Part shown: positions 28,333-32,932 of the stretch, in pieces
How the letters are laid out: each line of letters begins with the position of its first letter
Position numbering within the stretch: the stretch's first letter is position 1
Sequence record: SRR31156797_1620
Reading direction: 5' to 3' (one strand)
Length of the DNA stretch: 32,932 nt
Made by a program: the position numbers and the translations under genes
The notes under the pieces: generated by a model
Databases searched by the model: none
Told to the model about the DNA's origin: nothing
What the model saw: the letters and a program-made list of their open reading frames with translations, nothing else

Positions 28333-30034
28333 GAATTTGTTCTGTCAGTTGCTTAATGTGCTGTGAAGCTTGCTGTGCTGGCGTTACAACTTCCAGTAAC
28401 AGCGTGCCACTGCCTGATGCGAAATGCGCATCGATTGCCATTTGATAAGCCGCGAGCGTTTCTGGACGGGCATAACTTAAACCAAACTGCAGCGCAGCAT
28501 ATTCGAAGTTCATACCATGTGGCATCTGATACAGAGCCTCACGCTTGGTCTGAGGAACAGGTAACAGATCGAAAATAGCGCCGCCATCATTGTTACAAAC
28601 CACTATCACTATCGGCTGTTTACTGTCTTTGACTAAAGCCAGCGAATTTAAATCGTATAGCAGAGAGGTATCACCCACCATTATCAGCATCGGTGTATTG
28701 GTTGCTCGTTGAACACCAGAAGCCGTGGCGATTAAACCATCAATCCCTGAAGCGCCACGATTAGAATACACTTGCCGTTGTTCAAGCGAACTAAACATGT
28801 CCGCCAACCGGACAATTAAACTGTTACCCAAAAACAAAGTACTGTTTGTGGCTCTCTCACTAACATCCAGCGCTATAGCGACTTCGGTTAAGTTTTGCTG
28901 AGACAAATGTAACTTGGCGAGTTGTGATACGTTTTGCGAGTACAACTTAAGTTCATCAGCCCAGCCAGCAAAGTTTTGCGACAGTGCGTCGTTGTGTTCA
29001 AGGCACATCGACACCCATGTTGGAATGCCTACTACCCAATGTCGCTGAGGAAGGTGCGAAGGGTTATTTCGGTCAGCCGTCAAGCTGACATAGCTGTACT
29101 CGCAGCCTCTTTGCGCCACCTGTTTAGCAAGCCATTGATTAAAACGTTTAGAAACAATACGCGAACCAAACTGAATAATACTTTCACACTGATTAAGAAT
29201 CTGCTGCGCCGATTCATTTTGCATCCACAGATCAAAATGCGCCCACTCACTACTCACTCCCGCTTGCGGGTCACACAATAGTGGCCAGCCTAACTGTTCA
29301 GCAAACCGTTTTGCAGCCTCAGCCTCAGGTAAAGACACAGAACCGACAAACACCAATCCTTTCTTGTTAGTGAAATCAAACGTAGTTGGCTGCGCACTCC
29401 ATTCGACATAGTGACGAGGTGAGTAGACTTCACCAGACTGATGCCAAGAGGAAATACTACTGCGGTAGTCCTTATAAACAGATTTGTCCGCCTTGGAATA
29501 CAAAGGTTCAGGGAATGGGCAGTTAATATGAATTGAACCACCCTGCTGCGCTTGTTGGTAACAAACAGCATCGATGGTGGTTAGCAGCCAGTTCAAAGAG
29601 AGGTGATCTGCAGGGCTAGGCAAGTTAACCGTATCCGTCACATGAGTAGAAAAAATTCCGGGTTGATAAATAGCTTGATTGGCACCACACCCAACTAGTT
29701 CAACGGGTCTGTCAGCAGTGAGGACGATTAACTGCTCGCCAGTCAATTTAGATTCAGCAATAGCTGGTAATAGATTGGCGACCGCGGTTCCCGATGTCAC
29801 GATAATCGCCACAGGACGCTGACTCGCCTTTGCCAGACCAAGTGCAAGGAATCCCAAGCCTCGCTCATCATAGTGACAGTGCAAGTTAAGCTTGCTGTTG
29901 TCGTCAGCTTCCAAGGTCAAAGGGGTCGAACGTGATCCAGGCGCAACACAAACCTCTGTCACACCAAAACGAGTCAGCTCTTCCAGAATGGTCTGACACC
30001 AGATCCGGTTTAGTACAGCTTGGTCTTTGATCAT
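28322..30034 (-). CDS. menD: SEPHCHC synthase
   Basis: APGSRSTPL, DERGLGFLALG, NRGASGIDG and the ThDP motif GD...NNDGG. Confidence 0.97.
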   Translation of the reverse strand: MIKDQAVLNRIWCQTILEELTRFGVTEVCVAPGSRSTPLTLEADDNSKLNLHCHYDERGLGFLALGLAKASQRPVAIIVTSGTAVANLLPAIAESKLTGEQLIVLTADRPVELVGCGANQAIYQPGIFSTHVTDTVNLPSPADHLSLNWLLTTIDAVCYQQAQQGGSIHINCPFPEPLYSKADKSVYKDYRSSISSWHQSGEVYSPRHYVEWSAQPTTFDFTNKKGLVFVGSVSLPEAEAAKRFAEQLGWPLLCDPQAGVSSEWAHFDLWMQNESAQQILNQCESIIQFGSRIVSKRFNQWLAKQVAQRGCEYSYVSLTADRNNPSHLPQRHWVVGIPTWVSMCLEHNDALSQNFAGWADELKLYSQNVSQLAKLHLSQQNLTEVAIALDVSERATNSTLFLGNSLIVRLADMFSSLEQRQVYSNRGASGIDGLIATASGVQRATNTPMLIMVGDTSLLYDLNSLALVKDSKQPIVIVVCNNDGGAIFDLLPVPQTKREALYQMPHGMNFEYAALQFGLSYARPETLAAYQMAIDAHFASGSGTLLLEVVTPAQQASQHIKQLTEQIHAL

Positions 30035-31338
30035 GATGCCACTCCAAGCGGTAAATGATCGGTGATCAAACTCAGTAAGGTCGACATTTTTTTATCCAGC
30101 TCTTGCCATTCATGCTCTGCAACCGAGCCAGGAACAATGCCTGCTCCCGCAAATAGCTGAACTTCTTTATCAAGAATTAATGCACTGCGAATCGCTACAC
30201 AAAATTCCGCTTTCTCGTGGCTAAAATAGCCCATTGAACCCGCATACCAGCCGCGAGCAAAAGGTTCGTTCTCAGTAATAAAATCAAACGCTTCCTTGCG
30301 CGGCAAACCCGCAACCGCGGCCGTTGGCTGTAAAGCTTCGAGTAATTGAATACCATTAATACCCGGCTTCAATTCGGCACGAATGCACCGCTTCAAATGT
30401 TGAACTTTACGTAAACGAACCAAACGCGCTTCTTGCTCTACAGAAACCTGTTCCGAATGAGGCGCTAAACGCTCAACGATATCATCCACGACATACTGGT
30501 TTTCGTTCAGGTTCTTAATATCTTGCGAGAGCCAGTTTGCTAACTCTAGATCTTGAGAGGCATTGCTTCCTCGGCCAATCGTGCCAGCTAAAGCTTCAGT
30601 TTGCAGTTCACTTTGATGACGCAAATAAAGTCTTTCAGGCGTAGAGCCCATAAAGCTATGTTTACTGTCTAATGAGAGGAGAAAGTGGAAGCTATGATGA
30701 TTCTGCGCATAACTCGCTTTTAATAACTCTGCTGCACTGATGGAATGATCTAACTTGAGGCTGGTTCTTCTCGCCAGCACCACTTTCTTAAAATCTTGCT
30801 GCTCAATACCATCAAGCACTTTATCAACCAAGCTGCTCCAATGCTCTTTATTCGGAGTATGAACAATTTGTTCAATATTGTTCTGTAAGGCTCGTACAGC
30901 AGGCACATCCTCAACTAACTGATTCAACGCCGCTATCGTGCGATGTTTTTCACTGGTCACATTGGCAACCAACGTCCAGCACTCGTCAAAGCGGATCAGT
31001 TCAATTTTGGGTAAGAAGAAAAACGACGCCATACAGTAGCGGTTTTTTTCTGTTCGGCCATCAAAAGAGCGGCCACCCCACACTCGTTGCTCGGAACCTA
31101 AAATTGCGTAAGCGGGCTCAGGGTCCGTAAATGTGTACAGTTGACCTAACGCGACCACCTCTTCACGGGTATCACGAGACTGCCAATAGAATTTGGGGAA
31201 AATCGGTTGGGCTTCAAGCCAGTCGATAAACGCGAATGGCGGCTTTTCTGCCAGCTCTTGAGTAAAACGAACCTCGTTTTCCTGCGCGCTATTTATTTGC
31301 TCTATTAACTGAGCTACGGCTTGATGGAAATTTGACAA
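30031..31338 (-). CDS. menF: Menaquinone-specific isochorismate synthase
   Basis: KKVVLAR, GSTPERL, EALAGT, RGWYAG and FAGAGIV. TTG start with SD GAGG. Confidence 0.95.
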   Translation of the reverse strand: MSNFHQAVAQLIEQINSAQENEVRFTQELAEKPPFAFIDWLEAQPIFPKFYWQSRDTREEVVALGQLYTFTDPEPAYAILGSEQRVWGGRSFDGRTEKNRYCMASFFFLPKIELIRFDECWTLVANVTSEKHRTIAALNQLVEDVPAVRALQNNIEQIVHTPNKEHWSSLVDKVLDGIEQQDFKKVVLARRTSLKLDHSISAAELLKASYAQNHHSFHFLLSLDSKHSFMGSTPERLYLRHQSELQTEALAGTIGRGSNASQDLELANWLSQDIKNLNENQYVVDDIVERLAPHSEQVSVEQEARLVRLRKVQHLKRCIRAELKPGINGIQLLEALQPTAAVAGLPRKEAFDFITENEPFARGWYAGSMGYFSHEKAEFCVAIRSALILDKEVQLFAGAGIVPGSVAEHEWQELDKKMSTLLSLITDHLPLGVAS

Positions 31339-31556
31339 AGCAACCTCGAAACTGTGTAACTTAGGCTACTGTATTGAGAGAAGTTATTTAAATCAAGGCT
31401 GTGCTGTATCTTTTACTATCTTCGATCAAATTCCGCTTCCCATTGATGTTTATAAAACAGCAGCTGTTAACCCATAGTTTCTTAGATTTTTATTCTAAAA
31501 ATCTTCTATTTGAGTTACTTTAATAAAGAAATCCATCCATTCTCAGGAATAAAAAA

Positions 31557-32771
31557 ATGCAAAATATCGGGATGTCGTCAAAACTCGATAATGTCTGCTA
31601 CGACATTAGGGGTCCTGTACTCAAACATGCTAAGCGCATGGAGGAAGAGGGGCATAAAATACTGAAACTAAATATCGGTAACCCCGCCCCATTTGGCTTC
31701 GACGCCCCAGACGAAATCCTGGTTGACGTAATCCGTAACATGCCAACATCGCAAGGTTACTGTGATTCAAAAGGCATCTATTCCGCACGTAAAGCGGTTG
31801 TTCAACATTATCAGAAAAAAGGCATTCGGAGCCTGGACGTAGAAGACGTTTACTTAGGTAACGGTGTTTCCGAACTGATCGTAATGGCGATGCAAGCTTT
31901 ACTTAATGATGGTGATGAAATGCTGGTGCCTGCGCCAGATTACCCTCTGTGGACCGCTGCTGTGTCACTTTCAGGTGGTAACGCGGTTCATTACTTGTGT
32001 GATGAACAGGCAGACTGGTACCCAGATCTTGATGACATCAAGAAAAAAATCACACCGAAAACGCGCGGTATTGTACTGATTAACCCAAACAACCCTACGG
32101 GCGCAGTATACAGCCGTGATTTTTTACTGGAAGTGATTGAGATAGCTCGCCAGCATAAGCTTATTATCTTTGCTGATGAAATTTACGACAAAGTCCTTTA
32201 CGACGGTGCCACTCATACTTCTGTTGCCACACTCACTGAAGATGTGCTTGTTGTGACGTTCAATGGACTCTCGAAAGCTTACCGCGTCTGTGGTTTCCGC
32301 AGCGGTTGGATGTTCTTAACTGGTCCGAAACATCAGGCTCTGGGTTACATTTCAGGCTTAGAGATGCTGGCTTCGATGCGTCTGTGCGCCAACGTACCGA
32401 TGCAGCATGCGATTCAAACCGCACTCGGTGGCTATCAGAGCATTAATGAACTCATCCTTCCGGGTGGCCGCTTGTTAGAACAGCGCGATAAAGCATGGGA
32501 AATGATCAACCAAATCCCGGGTGTATCGTGTGTGAAGCCGAAAGGCGCCATGTATTTATTCCCTAAGATCGATACTAAGATGTACAACATCAAAGACGAT
32601 CAAAAAATGGTGCTCGATTTCTTAAAACAAGAGAAAGTGCTGTTGGTACAAGGGACTGGCTTTAACTGGCCAAAACCAGACCACTTCCGAATCGTGACCC
32701 TACCTCACGTTGAAGATTTAGAGCTGGCGATCAGTCGATTTGAACGTTTCTTAACGACTTATAGCCAGTAA
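31557..32771 (+). CDS. alaA: Glutamate-pyruvate aminotransferase (class I PLP)
   Basis: YDIRGPV, LNIGNPA, INPNNPTG, ADEIY and GLSKAYR. Confidence 0.95.
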   Translation: MQNIGMSSKLDNVCYDIRGPVLKHAKRMEEEGHKILKLNIGNPAPFGFDAPDEILVDVIRNMPTSQGYCDSKGIYSARKAVVQHYQKKGIRSLDVEDVYLGNGVSELIVMAMQALLNDGDEMLVPAPDYPLWTAAVSLSGGNAVHYLCDEQADWYPDLDDIKKKITPKTRGIVLINPNNPTGAVYSRDFLLEVIEIARQHKLIIFADEIYDKVLYDGATHTSVATLTEDVLVVTFNGLSKAYRVCGFRSGWMFLTGPKHQALGYISGLEMLASMRLCANVPMQHAIQTALGGYQSINELILPGGRLLEQRDKAWEMINQIPGVSCVKPKGAMYLFPKIDTKMYNIKDDQKMVLDFLKQEKVLLVQGTGFNWPKPDHFRIVTLPHVEDLELAISRFERFLTTYSQ

Positions 32772-32795
32772 TTCACTCCTCAGTGCTAAATACAT

Positions 32796-32834
32796 ACGGG
32801 CTGTCTTGTGTACACTAAAGACAGCCCGTTTTTT
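32796..32834 (+). terminator. Intrinsic terminator after alaA
   Basis: ACGGGCTGTCTT...AAGACAGCCCGT followed by a T-run. Confidence 0.85.
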
Positions 32835-32850
32835 ATGCTAAACAAGTTGG

Positions 32851-32932
32851 TAATACCAACCTTGATAAGTTAATGTTCAGCTAATTGCGCAGAAAAAAAC
32901 GCTAAGAACAAGGCATAGATTGCAGCTAACTA
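32851..32932. repeat. Probable Vibrionaceae dispersed miniature inverted repeat, cut by the window edge
   Basis: Starts TAATACCAA and contains GCGCAGAAAAA...GAACAAGGC, like a recalled dispersed repeat family. The second arm lies outside the window. Confidence 0.5.

Noticed and set aside
14734-29571. Many 60-180-aa ORFs overlapping or antisense to core genes (for example 26750-27295, 22030-22410, 28934-29281)
   Set aside because: They are shadow frames of well-supported genes with no independent motifs.

Overview
This is a Vibrio-like chromosomal window in two parts. The right ~20.5 kb (12.4-32.9 kb) is conserved housekeeping DNA: a cdgH-like GGDEF protein, atl, ybaY, tesB, decR with a cysteine desulfhydrase, GyrI-like, DUF1244, Tim44, TetR with an MFS-acyltransferase, yeiH, menFDHBCE and alaA. 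The SRP RNA gene ffs (12168-12275, minus strand) marks the boundary. Just past the ffs 3' end lies a decayed Tn7-like element of the CRISPR-associated (type I-F3, ffs-homing) kind. It has a degenerate right end at ~12161, a 39-codon tnsA remnant missed by the ORF track, an intact left end TGTCGCTGAAACCATAAG at 4139, and a near-perfect 5-bp target duplication. A second Tn7-like right end sits 19 bp further out (4119), so elements have stacked at this site. The cargo of the 8-kb element is an unusual, apparently fully extracytoplasmic operon: a CHASE2 sensor with no output domain, a FecR/DUF928-like exported protein, a TPR-like exported protein and a signal-peptide-bearing caspase-like CHAT protease with an intact His/Cys dyad. 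A divergent secreted orphan gene lies beside it. In the core region, an unannotated 37-aa MGCC membrane microprotein sits behind a CueR-type promoter. All family calls come from motif recognition by eye; no database search was run.
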